From Octopus sinensis (lineage: Eukaryota), in NCBI RefSeq assembly GCF_006345805.1, contig NC_043004.1:32364001-32428000 (forward strand): a stretch of 64,000 bases of DNA, written 5' to 3'. The notes under the pieces were generated by a model that was not told where the DNA came from, did not search any database, and saw nothing but the letters and a program-made list of their open reading frames with translations. The stretch's first letter is position 1. Each line of letters starts with the position of its first letter. Shown piece after piece: positions 13,220 through 24,818 of this stretch. Both the position numbers and the translations under genes were made by a program.

Positions 13220-14587
13220 TCACTCTCTGTCTTGTCTTACTATTCCAGGCCCAGAAGTGTTCCCCAGTGGCTGGAGCTCATATGGGGCTGCATGCTGATC
13301 AATATATACCACCAAAGGGAGAAACCAATGTAAAGATGTTTTTGGAAACTTCTGATACAGGACCTTTCTGCTGTAAGTTCAATGAAATCTTCACTTTTTT
13401 CAACATTTCACTGAAATTCTAAAGTTATTGTGTATGTCTACCATCATTCTTTGTAACAATCAGTTGCTTAGCATGGAGACGTGCAGGACATGTGGACAGT
13501 ATAGGACAGCCATTTCAATAGGGAATATAACTAGTTTTTGTAGCTATAATCAGTATTGATGGTTATAATTACTACTGGTAACCAAAATTATTATTCAAAC
13601 TATAATAAAAACTGGCTTCAAATTTTGGCACAAGGCCAGCAATTTGGGGGGAGCAGAATAAGTCAGTTACATCAATTCCAGACCTCAACTGGTACTTGTT
13701 TTATCAACTCTGAAAGGATGGAAGGTGAAGTTGATCTCAGTAGAATTTGAACTCAAAACAGAAAAAATGGGCAAAATGTTGCTTAGTATTTTGCCTGGCA
13801 TGCTAACAATTCTGCCAGCTTGTCACCCTAGAGCTATAATTAATATTGGTGGCCATTATTAGCATTAGTGGCTATAATTAATATTTGTGGATGTAATTAG
13901 AACTGATGACTGTAATTAATATTGGTGGATATAATTAGTATTGATAGATACAATTTGTATTAGGGGCTATGATTAGTATTGGCAGCTGCAATTAGTATTA
14001 GTAGCTATAGTCAGTATTAATAAGTATAATAATTATTGTACAAAACATATCCAAATAACTACATATGTAAATAAATATATTTATTCATACACGTATGTAA
14101 CATAGTAATGACAATATATTTCACATATTGGAGAGTATAATAGTCAATAATACAAAATATATTCAAATACTAATGTTAATATAGAGGTACACACAGGTAC
14201 ATAGTATCACACTTTCTTCCTGTGTTTACTGGTTATAAAAATAGTAATGATTTATTTTATGGAAATAATAACAACAACAACAACAATAAATACAACCCTT
14301 GTAAGAACAAAATAGCCCACCTATGGAAAATGAAGAAGGTGAAGATAGTGCCAATTATTGTTAGATCCTTGGGAACAGTATCAGAGGGCATCAAGGGGAA
14401 CATAAAGGAAATTGGGATAGAGTGCCCAGTAGAACTGTTACAAAAGGTTTGCCTGCTTCGCACAGCCAGAATAATCAAGGAAGTATTAGCTGAAAAGAAC
14501 GGATAGCATGGTACCATAGGCTGCAGGTAGCAAGCCCACTATGCATATAAGACTCCAGGAGCTCCAACAAAACATGTGATAAAGAGA

Positions 14588-14626
<39 letters not shown>

Positions 14627-17002
14627 CTTTCTACTAAAGGCACAAGACCTGAAATTTTTAGAGAGTAATAATATTAATAATACTAATAATAATTTATTTC
14701 TTTATTGCTCACAGGGGGCTAAACATATAGGGGACTAACAAGGACAGACAAAGTGATTAAGTAGATTACATCGACCTCAGTGTGTAACTAGTACTTATTT
14801 AATCAACCCTGAAAGGATGAAAGGCAAAGCTGACCTCAGCGGAATTTGAACTCAGAATATAATGGCAGATGAAATACTGCTAAGCACTTTGCCTGGTGTG
14901 CTAACGATTCTGCCAGCTCGCTGCCCTATAATGATGATAATCATCATCATCATCATCATCGTTTAACGTCCGTTCTCCATGCTAGCATGGGTTGGACGGT
15001 TCGACCGGGGTTCTGGGAAGCCAGAAGGCTGCACCAGGCTCCAGTCTAATCTGGCAATGTTTCTACAGCTGGATGCCCTTCCTAATGCCAACCACTCCGT
15101 GAGTGTAGTGGGTGCTTTTTACGTGCCACCTGCACAGGTGCCAGGCGAGGCTGGCAATGGCCACAGTCGGATTGGTGTATTTTATGTGCCACCGGCACGG
15201 AAGCCAGTCGAGGCGGTGCTGGCATCGGCCACAAGTCGGATAGTGCTTTTTACGTACCACCAGACCAGGGATCCTGGCTGGTTCAATTCGGTTTCGATTT
15301 CGCTTGCCCCAACATGTCTTCACAAGCAGGGGGGGTTGGCATGGGTGTCTGTCCTCGGATAATAATAATAATAATAAGATACCTATCCCAAGATAAGGAA
15401 ACCTTGCTGGTGTCAGTTAGGAATGAGGGAGTATTGAAAGCAGAGAAAAAAGGAAAAAGAAAGGGAGAAGTACAAAAAGGACATGAAGAAACATTACACA
15501 ACAAGGAACTGTAGTCACAACAGAAGTTGGAGGAAAATATAGGTGGGATTTGTTGAAGAAAGAAACGCTGAAAAAAAGAAAAAAAAGACTGAGACCACTA
15601 TACTGGCAGTGCAAGACCCAGCTTTGTCCATGAATTGGAAGATCAATCTTAGGAATGAGCAAGTGTTTCTGCTGAAGCCGCATCTATTAAAGAGTGGACA
15701 AAACCATTGCCCATATCACTAACCAACCCATCATGCCCTTTTCATTCCAGAATCATAAAGAAAGAGGATGAAAAACAAAAATAAATACAATCCCTCAAAA
15801 TTTGATATAAGAAGAATTTGGGGTGAGAACTGTAAAGGTTGTGCCTATTATTATAAAATGCTGTGCCATGGCTGGAAAATTCATAATATAAAAAAGCAGT
15901 TTATTTATGTAAATGTTCTGTGCTACATTTACAGCTAATCTTTTCTACTATATTTACGTACATCATCTTTTAATGTCCATCTTCCATGCTGACAGGGGTT
16001 GGGCCATTTGGTAGTATCTGACAAGTCAGAAGCCTATATCATGGTCCAATGTCTGCTTTGGCATGGTATCTACAGTTGAATGCCTTTCCTAATGCCAATG
16101 ACTTTGTATAGTATACTAAGTGCCTTTTTTTCATGACATCAGCACAAGTGAGGTCACTGTTCAGTTTGCAAGACTAAGTTTACAAGCTGTAAATTGTTTT
16201 CCATTTAGGCACAAGGCCAGCAGTTTGGGAGGGAGGGGATTAGTCAGTTACATTGGCTGGTTCTTTATTTTATCAATGGATTAGTCAGTTACATTGGCTG
16301 GTTCTTTATTTTATCAATCTCAAAACAATGAAAGGCAAAGTTGACTTTTGGGTATTTGAACTCAGAACAGAAGAAATACCACATGGCATTTTCTCCAATA
16401 CTCTAAAAATTCTACCAATCCACAAGCCTTATGTCATATATTATATATTACATTATAAATTAATAACAACCATAACATCTTACATTTTTCTCTTTTTGCT
16501 TTATTTTATAGTGATGCATTATAAGATCAACTTGCGTATCGGTGCATCAATTTACCGTGGAAATATAGCAGAAGGAATACTGTATGTCCAGCTGGTGGGT
16601 TCTGACTCCAAGACTGGTGTAATACAGATTACTGATGGGTAAATATTCAAACACACACACACACTAAAAATCTACAAGTCACTTAGCGGTTCGGCAAAAG
16701 AGACCAATAGAATAAGTACTGGGCTTACAAAGAATAAGTCCCGGGGTCGAGTTGCTCAACTAAAGGCGGTGCTCCAGCATGGCCGCAGTCAAATGACTGA
16801 AACAAGTAAAAGTGTAAAAGTGTAAGTGTAAGTCATAAAAAAAACAGGCAGTCATATATTGGTTGATAGAGCTCACACTATACCATTTCTTTTTGTTTTT
16901 TCTGATGGTTAATAGGCTTTTCTCAACTCTTGATATGAAACTGATTGGTAAATTGGTTGATATGAAAATACAATATTGTGTTTTATTGTTGATAATACCG
17001 AA

Positions 17003-17043
<41 letters not shown>

Positions 17044-18859
17044 CTGACTCCAGCTTACTGAGGCACTACTGGAAATCCTACTCCAGCTCTTCCTATCAGG
17101 GTCCAAAACTTCAGGATGGTTATCTTTAATGTACAACAAAAGGTAGGTCTGGTGAAATTGAGGAAATACTCCAATGTGGATGAGTGGATGTGTGCTGTAT
17201 ACAAGTGGTAAAATGGAGGGGAGCCTCAACCAGGCTCTTCACAGACAAGAAGCAGGTAGATAACTTCTTCTAGATATGTAAGAGAGTATGGGTGAAGTTG
17301 GTATTCTATTTTCAAAAAAAAGTCGGCTAGATTAGGTAATTGAGGTCATCAGAATATGTGACAGAATTATTAAACTTGGACTCATCATAGGTAATACTTC
17401 AGTGGCAATTATCTCCACATATGCATCACATTCAGGGTTGGCAGATGAATAGGATAACTTTTATGAGGTCCTTCTGTAGACTTATTCAATAACAGACAAC
17501 GGCAACTTCATTATCAGGGCTGTTGATTTTACTGGGCATGTTGGACCACAGCTATGGCTTTACTGGAGTATGTAGTGGTTTCAATAAAAGTAAAATAATT
17601 AAGGAAGGACCGAGATTTCTGAAGTTCTGTGATACAAATAATATTATAATCTGCAACACAAACTTCAGGAAATCACTTAAGCCTCGAATCCCTTATCAGT
17701 CAGGTGAGCACTCAAGCCAGAGATATTTTATTCTCACCAGGAAATGGGATAGGTAGATGATTGCAAAATCTTTCCCAAATAAAAAAAAAACAAACTATTC
17801 AACATAGATTAATGGTGAATGGCTTCAAAATAGGAGCTACTCTAACACAGACAAAAAAAAAAATGATTTGGAAAAGGAAGACCTGGTAGTTGAAAGAATT
17901 CTCTGTTGGACACAGATTCAGAAGTGTTAATTGGCACTTATGACAGTTGTCATTGCTTCAATCTACTTAGCTGCAATGTATACCAGTTGGGTGCTGGTGT
18001 GGCCCATTCACCATGCAGCTGTGACATCCTAACTGTTTCTGCTGAGCTTAATGAGCTTTAGGGATGACTACATAGGCCCCTAAATTAGCAAAAGCATGGC
18101 ACATATTACTGAGCCATATTTATTATACAGTGACAACTAACTGTATCTAATAATGTATAACCTGATATTTTTGTTAGGCAGGTGGTGCTGGTAATGGGGT
18201 TATTACAATATTATGAGGTAATATCTATCCCCACTTAAATGTGGAATTTTCTGTTAGAACAAACTATATTGTGGTAGTTACATTACATCATACAAGCACA
18301 CATTACCATTATCCACTTCCCCATGCTTGCATGGATCATACTGATTTATTGAGGCAGATAAACTATGGCCAGATGCCCTTTCTGTCACAAACCCTCGCAT
18401 ATATTCCTGCAAGACTAGGAACAAATACACTGTCTGTATGACTGATGCCTACTTACAGCTATCACATGATATCAAAACAAGGAGACACAAACATACACAC
18501 ATACATATATATATATATACTTGTATATATGTTATGATGTGGTGTTTCCACATCTATGTGTGGCCACTGTTGTGACTGTAGCTGTTGTATCTACTCTAGT
18601 AACCATAATATTTTCTTGGTATCGGATACGGTGTATCTCTTCTATACCAGAATGGTAATACATCACTTTGTCATATTGAGCTATGACAACCACCTACCTT
18701 GATTGTGACTTGACTATAACATGTAACTGACACTTGACTCCAACTGAGAACTTGTACAACTCTACATGACTCTCTGTACTGGTTGAAATCATCTCACTTT
18801 ATGGTGGCTGGATCATACTACTTGTCCCATGGGAGGGGTGTACCATTTCCACTATAACA

Positions 18860-18898
<39 letters not shown>

Positions 18899-19194
18899 CG
18901 CGACTGACCAGGCTATCAGATGTTGCAACACATCGCTGGTCACAATGTGCTTCGCATTTTTTTAGCCTTCAAATGACGCCACCCCGCTGGCTAAGCGAGC
19001 AGGCCAACAGAAGAAAGAGTGAGAGAAAGTTGTGACGAAAGAGTACAGCAGGGATCGCCACCACCCCCTGCTGGAGCCTCGTGGAGCTTTAGGTGTTTTC
19101 GCTCAATAACCACTCACAACGCCTGGTCTGGGAATTGAAACCACGATCCTACGACTGCGAGTCCACTGCCCTAACCACTGGGCCATTGCGCCTC

Positions 19195-19254
<60 letters not shown>

Positions 19255-21817
19255 TATGCACATGCAATGACACACATGCACACATACTTCCAAATCCACT
19301 CACAGACTTTGATTGATCTGAAGCCCAAGACACTTGTCCAAAGTGCCATGCAGTGGGGCTGAACACAAGACTATATGATTGAGAAGCAAGCTTCCGAATC
19401 ATGCAGCCATATCTGCACCTGCTCTCTCTTTCTTTCTTTCTTTATGTGTATGTGTGTGTGTGTACTTGTCTATATTGAAGTTGATGATGTAATTCTGAGT
19501 GGATTACAAAACATCTGTAACCTCCACAGAAATATTGAAATTCTTCTTTTTCTTCTTTTCTCTTACCTTACCTTGTTTTATCTGCTTCCACATACACATA
19601 TATCATCATCGTTTAACGTCCATTTTCCGCACTAGCACGGGTTGGACGGTTTGACCGGGGTCTGGGAAGCCAGGGGCTGCTCCAGGCTCCAGTCTGATCT
19701 GGCAGAGTTTCTACGGCTGGATGCCCTTCCTAACGCCAACCACTCCGCGAGTGTAGTGGGTGCTTTTTACGTGCCACCTGCACAGGTGCCAGGGGGGGTC
19801 CGGCATCGGTTGGAGCTTTTAACGTGCCAGCGGCACAGGAGCCAGTCGGGGCGGCGCTGGCATTGGCCACGTTCGGATGGTGCTTTTTATGTGCCACCGG
19901 CACGTGCATGTGCACGCATGTATATATGTATGTATAATTTTCTATCTTGTTTTTCAGTAATATCAAGTTGGATCCTAAAAAGAATTTTTCATTCCTGGTG
20001 AAGAATAAACAGAATCTTGGAGAATTAGTTGAGATGAAACTGAAATGGAAATATGAGAAAAATTTGTTTAAACCTTGGACTTGGATTAGCAATCCTCCGA
20101 AGAGTCTGTCCGTTTTCAAACTTGAAGTCACAGATGAGAAGGCAGTTCGGTAAGTGATGACCTTTTGCTTGAAATTTTGGTAATTTATTTGTGACTACAG
20201 TTGGAAAAGCTGACATTGTTGATGTCATAATTATTGTTAGTTTAGAACACAGATTATAGTCTTCAAATGAGGGTATGATATGTGGTCTGCACCAAGTTAT
20301 AGACAATCCCTTATCATCCATATAGTTAGAAATATACTGAATCTCCAATTGGATACATGTAAACAATGATACAAAATAAATGTTCAGATGCTTAAAATGA
20401 ATATAGTGTTCACCATAAAATAATCAAATTGCATATCCTGCAATAAACCATCTGTTGATACAGACAGTATTGTACTTCACTTACCGTAAATCCTCGAGTA
20501 TAATCTGCCCTTGAGTATAATACACAGGGGATTTTTAGGGGGCTGTACTTCTGAAAAACCCAAACCTTGTGTATAATACGCACCTCTTCTCTAACTTGAG
20601 TAGTGCATAATTAAGCCAGAAGCATCTTGTCGAACAAACACTTCCGCGCATGCGTAATACAATAATGGTGATGTTCTTAACTGTTATATGGGAATGTAAA
20701 TATGTTTGCAAATTGTTTTTGTTACATTATTCTGTGATCTGAATACTTTTATTTTAATAAATGTTGCTTACTGCAAGTTATGGATGATTTTTTTATGACT
20801 TCATTGCTTTCAGGCATAGCTTAAGGTATTTTTGTGCCCGACATCACAAAATGCATCTGAATAAACATTGCCGGACAACAAATAGAGACTCGGACATTGC
20901 TTAGAAAATATTTTTCATTTTTAACCTCGTATATAGTACACACAAAGGATTTTGACCGTTAAATTTTGGGAAAAAATTCGGATTATACTCAAGGATTTAT
21001 GGTAACTGAGACACAAAATATTTGGAGCAATGGCTCTATGGACCAACTGTCAACATGTCACAGGTCTGAACTGTAACAATGTAACAACATAAACCAGTAA
21101 TATCCTTGGGTTGAAACAAGTTATTATACACTTTATTTGCTCAAAAGATATTTCATGATGTGACATGATACAAATTACCCAGCAGCAGTAAAAGTTGTTT
21201 AGTTCTAGTCTTTGATCCAACTGATCGACCATCAAATATGCTCCAACTTTAGTAATCCTGACTTTTAATGAATATACCCTCCTTTATCTTATTCTAAAAT
21301 GCCAGAGCAGGGTTTGAGGAAAGTTTGGTTATTACGAGCAGATTGACTGATCGATCAGAAATTTCTTTGTGGACACAGTAGTGATAGTGCTAGAGTTATT
21401 GTTTAGGTCTCAGTCAATCCTGACCAAGCAGACCAATAATCAAACATGTTCCAACGATGACCGCTCACACTATTTAAACCAGACACAGATCATGCAGAAC
21501 TGTATTATCCAATATGCTTTTCCTTTTCCAAGAACGTGGGGTTTGATTTGAGGTAGATTTAGCTGCTATTTCTAGCAGCTTGTGTGGGTACACACTGGCT
21601 TCCTTGCTGATAGCTGATGTAATAATAGTCCTCTTAGTTAGACTGTGGCATTGCTTAGTTGTAAAAGCTGTAAAACATTAACTTGTGGATTCTCTCTTTT
21701 TGTCTAAGAGCCTCATTTCTCTCTCTTTTTATTTACAGGAAAACGTTTTGTCATACAATTTACACCAACATCAACCATGATTACCTACAATCCTTCAAAC
21801 TAAGCAAAAGTTGCTGA
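2522..21817 (+). CDS. Pancreatic lipase-related protein gene span (10 coding exons visible; first exon with signal peptide not found)
   Basis: Spliced frame 2522-2784,3307-3453,4881-4989,6157-6273,9618-9734,10736-10851,13249-13372,16512-16638,19958-20149,21739-21817 is open. All introns are GT-AG with matching phases. Motifs [30 protein letters not shown] and a C-terminal PLAT-like domain. Family-level call (PNLIP/PNLIPRP-like); orthology not resolvable by eye. Confidence 0.95.
2940..3160. repeat. (TG)n/(CA)n/(TA)n compound microsatellite
   Basis: Direct inspection. Confidence 0.9.
3307..3453 (+). CDS. Lipase exon: [49 protein letters not shown]
   Basis: Acceptor tttttcccccgcag, donor gtttgt; NVxxVDW and Y.QA..N.R.VG motifs. 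Confidence 0.95.
3955..4115. repeat. (TATG)n plus (TA)n microsatellite
   Basis: Direct inspection. Confidence 0.9.
4375..4700 (-). mobile_element. tRNA-derived SINE family E (CORE-like middle gtgtccttgagcaagacac)
   Basis: Box A tggcttagtgg and box B-like gctcgattcc; tail identical in type to 6557-6740. Confidence 0.8.
4881..4989 (+). CDS. Lipase exon with catalytic Ser: [36 protein letters not shown](G)
   Basis: Acceptor tctttttcag, donor gtcagt; GHSLG nucleophile elbow. Confidence 0.96.
5120..5335 (+). mobile_element. SINE family D
   Basis: gagttcaaattcc-type box B plus core ctttgcctttcatcc...aagtaccag; copies at 9068, 11788, 13610, 14625, 16203, 33795 and 39775. Confidence 0.75.
5395..6000. 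repeat. Degenerate (TATG)n array with TACG and TGCA variants
   Basis: About 600 bp of tetranucleotide units; explains the YVCM ORFs. Confidence 0.95.
6157..6273 (+). CDS. Lipase exon with catalytic Asp: (G)[38 protein letters not shown]
   Basis: Acceptor ttttcccccag, donor gtaaga; LDPA and RLD..DA.FVD.IH motifs. Confidence 0.96.
6557..6935 (-). mobile_element. SINE with family F head and family E tail
   Basis: Head matches 19197, 44348 and 52037 copies; tail matches 4375-4560. Confidence 0.8.
7072..8390. repeat. Near-perfect tandem duplication (unit about 652-653 bp) bounded by (CA)n tracts
   Basis: 7151-7715 repeated at 7804-8367; one 1-bp indel seen (ctcaaagc vs ctcaagc). Confidence 0.95.
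9618..9734 (+). CDS. Lipase exon: (G)[38 protein letters not shown]
   Basis: Acceptor ctttcag, donor gtaagt; GH.D.YPNGG..QPGC motif. Confidence 0.96.
9885..10620 (-). mobile_element. Degenerate CR1/Jockey-like LINE RT fragment
   Basis: [17 protein letters not shown]...SNADDTTF = RT motifs QG / YADD. Confidence 0.75.
10736..10851 (+). CDS. Lipase exon with catalytic His: (G)[38 protein letters not shown]
   Basis: Acceptor atttttgtag, donor gtttgt; C.H.R motif. Confidence 0.95.
11110..11690 (+). mobile_element. Degenerate CR1-like LINE 3' end
   Basis: Similar to 48075-48445 and 63600-64000, including the tail gacaagttgtagtgcacc. Confidence 0.65.
11788..12012 (+). mobile_element. SINE family D, young intact copy
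   Basis: CpGs retained; box A/B; core gtcgactttgcctttcatcctttcggggtcgataaattaagtacc. Confidence 0.85.
13249..13372 (+). CDS. Lipase exon: [41 protein letters not shown]
   Basis: Acceptor tattccag, donor gtaagt; MG..AD and L.T....PFC motifs. Confidence 0.93.
13840..14040. repeat. Degenerate about 20-bp AT-rich minisatellite (ctataattaatattggtgg-like)
   Basis: Several decayed units visible. Confidence 0.55.
14290..14625 (+). mobile_element. R4/Dong-like non-LTR retrotransposon 3' end (RLE domain) between (TAA/CAA)n tracts
   Basis: KY...[19 protein letters not shown]...LQKVCLL.TARII; trinucleotide tracts at 14265-14289 and 14589-14624. Confidence 0.7.
14938..15345 (-). mobile_element. SINE-like family B ((GAT)n tail, internal subrepeats)
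   Basis: catcatcatcgtttaacgtcc...gatgcccttcctaa...gtgctttttacgtgccacc; at least 17 copies in the window. Confidence 0.85.
15380..15770 (+). mobile_element. Second R4/Dong-like ORF fragment following (TAA)n
   Basis: [14 protein letters not shown]...LKKET...[12 protein letters not shown] resembles the LKKETEG.I.AAQDQAL region. Confidence 0.55.
16512..16638 (+). CDS. Lipase PLAT exon: (L)[41 protein letters not shown](G)
   Basis: Acceptor ttattttatag, donor gtaaat; phase 1 to 2 fits neighbours. Confidence 0.88.
17150..17900 (+). mobile_element. Degenerate RTE-like LINE endonuclease region
   Basis: GHVG...[23 protein letters not shown]...YQSG. Confidence 0.65.
18895..19197 (-). mobile_element. 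SINE with family F head and a second tail type
   Basis: tggcccagtggttagggcagtggactcgcagtc head; tail gcttagccagcggggtggcgtc... Confidence 0.8.
19605..19910 (-). mobile_element. Family B copy about 50 bp upstream of lipase exon 19958
   Basis: Family B consensus match. Confidence 0.85.
19958..20149 (+). CDS. Lipase PLAT exon: [14 protein letters not shown]...[15 protein letters not shown]...LEVTDEKAV(R)
   Basis: Acceptor tgtttttcag, donor gtaagt; phase 2 to 2. Confidence 0.88.
20484..21002. mobile_element. MITE with 22-bp terminal inverted repeats and TA target-site duplication (Tc1/mariner-pogo type)
   Basis: ta|ccgtaaatcctcgagtataatc ... gattatactcaaggatttatgg|ta; 2 mismatches. Confidence 0.85.
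21739..21817 (+). CDS. Lipase last coding exon: [25 protein letters not shown]
   Basis: Acceptor tttatttacag; FC...C terminal cysteine pair; TGA at 21815-21817. Confidence 0.88.
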
Positions 21818-21856
21818 TAAACATGTGAAAGATAATTGAATCAACGTTGTTTTATA

Positions 21857-21862
21857 AATAAA
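21857..21862 (+). terminator. Candidate polyadenylation signal of lipase (second AATAAA at 21986-21991)
   Basis: AATAAA 40 nt after the stop codon in a T-rich 3' region. Confidence 0.55.
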
Positions 21863-22419
21863 TTGTATCAACATCTCAAGCTTAAATTTTAAAATAGCAT
21901 TTTCAGATAAACTTTGCTTAAATTTGTTATGATACACATCATAATTTCATACTGCTTTGCAGAAAAAATATTTTCTAAATGGTACAATAAATGATTATTT
22001 ATGTAAATATGATTATTTATTTCCTGTTTATATTAATGAATTAATCATTTCACATCGAAAAGAAATTAGCTTTCTTTATGCATTTGTGTAAATATATTTT
22101 TTATAATTTCATACCCGTTAATACATCATTATCATTATTTTAATGGCTACTTTTCCATGCTTGAATGGGTTAAATGAAATTTGTTAAGGCAGATTTTGTT
22201 AGTCTTTTATTATTGAGATCTTTGATACAAATAAAAATTTTATTTGCTTTTGATATATTTGTATCATTAGCATAGAAAAAGATGGCAGTTTATATAACCA
22301 AAAACGTCTGCAAGAGCTTAATATAAAAAGTAATAACTCCAAAGCAGTTTCTTGAGGTATTTTACTCAGAATTATTCAATCTTTTGAAAGGGTATCATCT
22401 CAAAAAGTCATGGCACTAT

Positions 22420-22720
22420 TCTCCTTATTTTCCAATTCTGCAAAAATCATACAATTTGTGATGTATCATTTTCCATGCTCAACTTTGTCAAAAGCCTTCA
22501 CAAATTTGAGACAAACCATATCTATACTTGACCAATACTTTTGATCTCTGGCATTTGGTGGTGGTGGTGACATTGATCCTTTCTGTACCATTACAATCCC
22601 TCTTCTTGGTACCTCTTCCCTTGTCACCCATTCTACACTGCTAACATCATATCTTACCACTATGTCCACTGAATGCCCTTTCCCTCTGAACATATCTTCC
22701 ACCAACCCAATTGCTTATGT
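22420..22720 (-). mobile_element. CR1-like RT fragment
   Basis: SIDMVCLKFVKAFDKVEHG resembles D.IYLDF.KAFDKV.HG. Confidence 0.6.
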
Positions 22721-24562
22721 ACCATATATACTCATGGATAGGTCACACCCTTAGTTGTCAAAGTACATATTAGCAGTTGACTCTCAGATAGGTTACTCTG
22801 GAGAATTACATGGCCCTCTTTAACTTAAACATAACTAATATTGTCAAATATTCACCTTTATTTCAAAACTTTGCTTACAACGTTTTTGTGAAAGTGATTT
22901 TATGAAAGTAGAATTGATAAATAAAAAGAAAGAAAAAAAAACGATAAGTATCAACTCAACAAAAATGTCAAGAATTAGAAACAACAGAAAAAAGTGTTAC
23001 ATAAGAAAAGTCTTTATTCATTGAGATATAATTATTAAACTCCATCAGGATTGAAACTCAAAAATTCTTCTTCTGGATTACCGATACTCTGCAGTTCAGA
23101 TCCCTGTGATGTTGAGTGGCTAGGTCGCACTCGATTTTTATTGAAATTTTGGGTAAAAAAGTGTGACCTATCCGCAAATATATACTTGCGGATAGATAGT
23201 AATTCACTATCTCCATCTCTATGTACCTCTGACCGTCACCCAGCATCTTCACATCTTATTTTTCATGTATCTAGTTTTATTAGTTCCCCCCTCCTCTCCT
23301 TTCATGACCCACTGCTCTTTTTCGTACCTTCTCCCTAACACTCAACATTGTCCATGCTGCCATCAATGTTCACCATTCACTTCTCACTCTTGCAAACATA
23401 CCTACCCAACCAACCAACCATCCTACACTCTCTGCTCTTATTCTGTCCACCTTGTACATTGAGAGTACATCCTGATATATTACCATTCTGTCCCTTTTCT
23501 GCTGGGATACCTATGTCTCCTCTACAAAACATTTGTTCCGCTGCCTGTTGTATTTGAACCTATCGTCATCTGGCATAAAGCCACTCTCCTCAATACTGCA
23601 CCCTCTCCACTGCCAAAGAGTCTTGGTGACCTCACTAGTGCTGGTGCCATGGAAGAAAGGACACCCAGAACATTTTGTAAAGTGGTTGGTTTTATGAATA
23701 GCAACTAGCCCAAGAAACCAAGCCAAAGCAGCCGCTGGAGACCAAAGTAGCTCTCAAGCTATCTTGTTGAACCACCCAACCAATGCCAGCATAGAAAACA
23801 AATGTTAAAGATGATGATGATAATGATGATTGATTTCTTGTTTGACCATAGCACAATTTCTCATTTGATTCCTCTTATTATTGCTACAACTAACAATGGT
23901 CATCTTTTAACATCCATTTTTCATGTTGGCATGGGTTGGGGTTTTGGAAGAATTATTTTCACCACGTAAAAAGCACCAACCATTCGTGGCCGTTGCCAGC
24001 CTCCTGTGGCACCTGTGCCGGTGGCATGTAAAAAGCACCCACTACACTCACAGAGTGGTTGGCGTTAGGAAGGGCATCCAGCTGTAGAAACTCTGCCAGA
24101 TCAAGATTGGAGCCTGGTGCAGCCATCTGGTTCGCCAGCCCTCAGGCAAGCTATTTCTCAACACATTTTCACAAGAGACTACGAGCAAGCACCACTGCTT
24201 GTATGTTGGTGTTGCTTATTATAACATCTGCATGATATCGAGGCAAGTAGACAGACATAAACACACACATATACATATGATGGGTTTCTTTTCAGTTTCC
24301 ACCTACCAAATTTCCTCCCTCAGCCTTTGTTGGCCTAGAGCAGTAAATAAGACACTTGACTGAACTTGGAACCATGAATGTAGTTGGAAAGCAAATTTCT
24401 TAACTACACAGCCAGCCAAGCAGTGAATAAAAAGGAAAATCTACATAATCAAATTTTTGATGAACTTGTTATTTTGGTATTAGAAGCAAAATGCTTTTCA
24501 AGAAGCACCACACTCACAAACACACACACACACATCTGAAAATTAAAAATAAGCCAAAAACT

Positions 24563-24568
24563 TTTATT
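24563..24568 (-). terminator. Candidate COX5B polyadenylation signal
   Basis: TTTATT on + (AATAAA on -) about 140 nt past the stop; further copies nearby. Confidence 0.5.
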
Positions 24569-24705
24569 CGTTTTTTTTTTTATAATTTTATTTTATTTAA
24601 TGGCTTAAATTAACAAAATGGAAACTGTTAAAAAGGGAAAATAATATTGACTGAATATAGTTCTATGTCAGCTCTGTAATGTTTCCTACTGTCTGCATAT
24701 ATTTA

Positions 24706-24818
24706 TCAATACTCAATAGGCTTCATTTCTGATAATTTAAACCAATACCCGCATTGACATCGTTTCGGCTCTCCCTTATACAGATGCATCCAATGTATAA
24801 CTAATGATTCCTCTTCAC
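24706..24818 (-). CDS. COX5B: COX5B exon 4: (C)[36 protein letters not shown]
   Basis: Acceptor tatcatttcag; TGA at 24708-24706. Confidence 0.96.
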
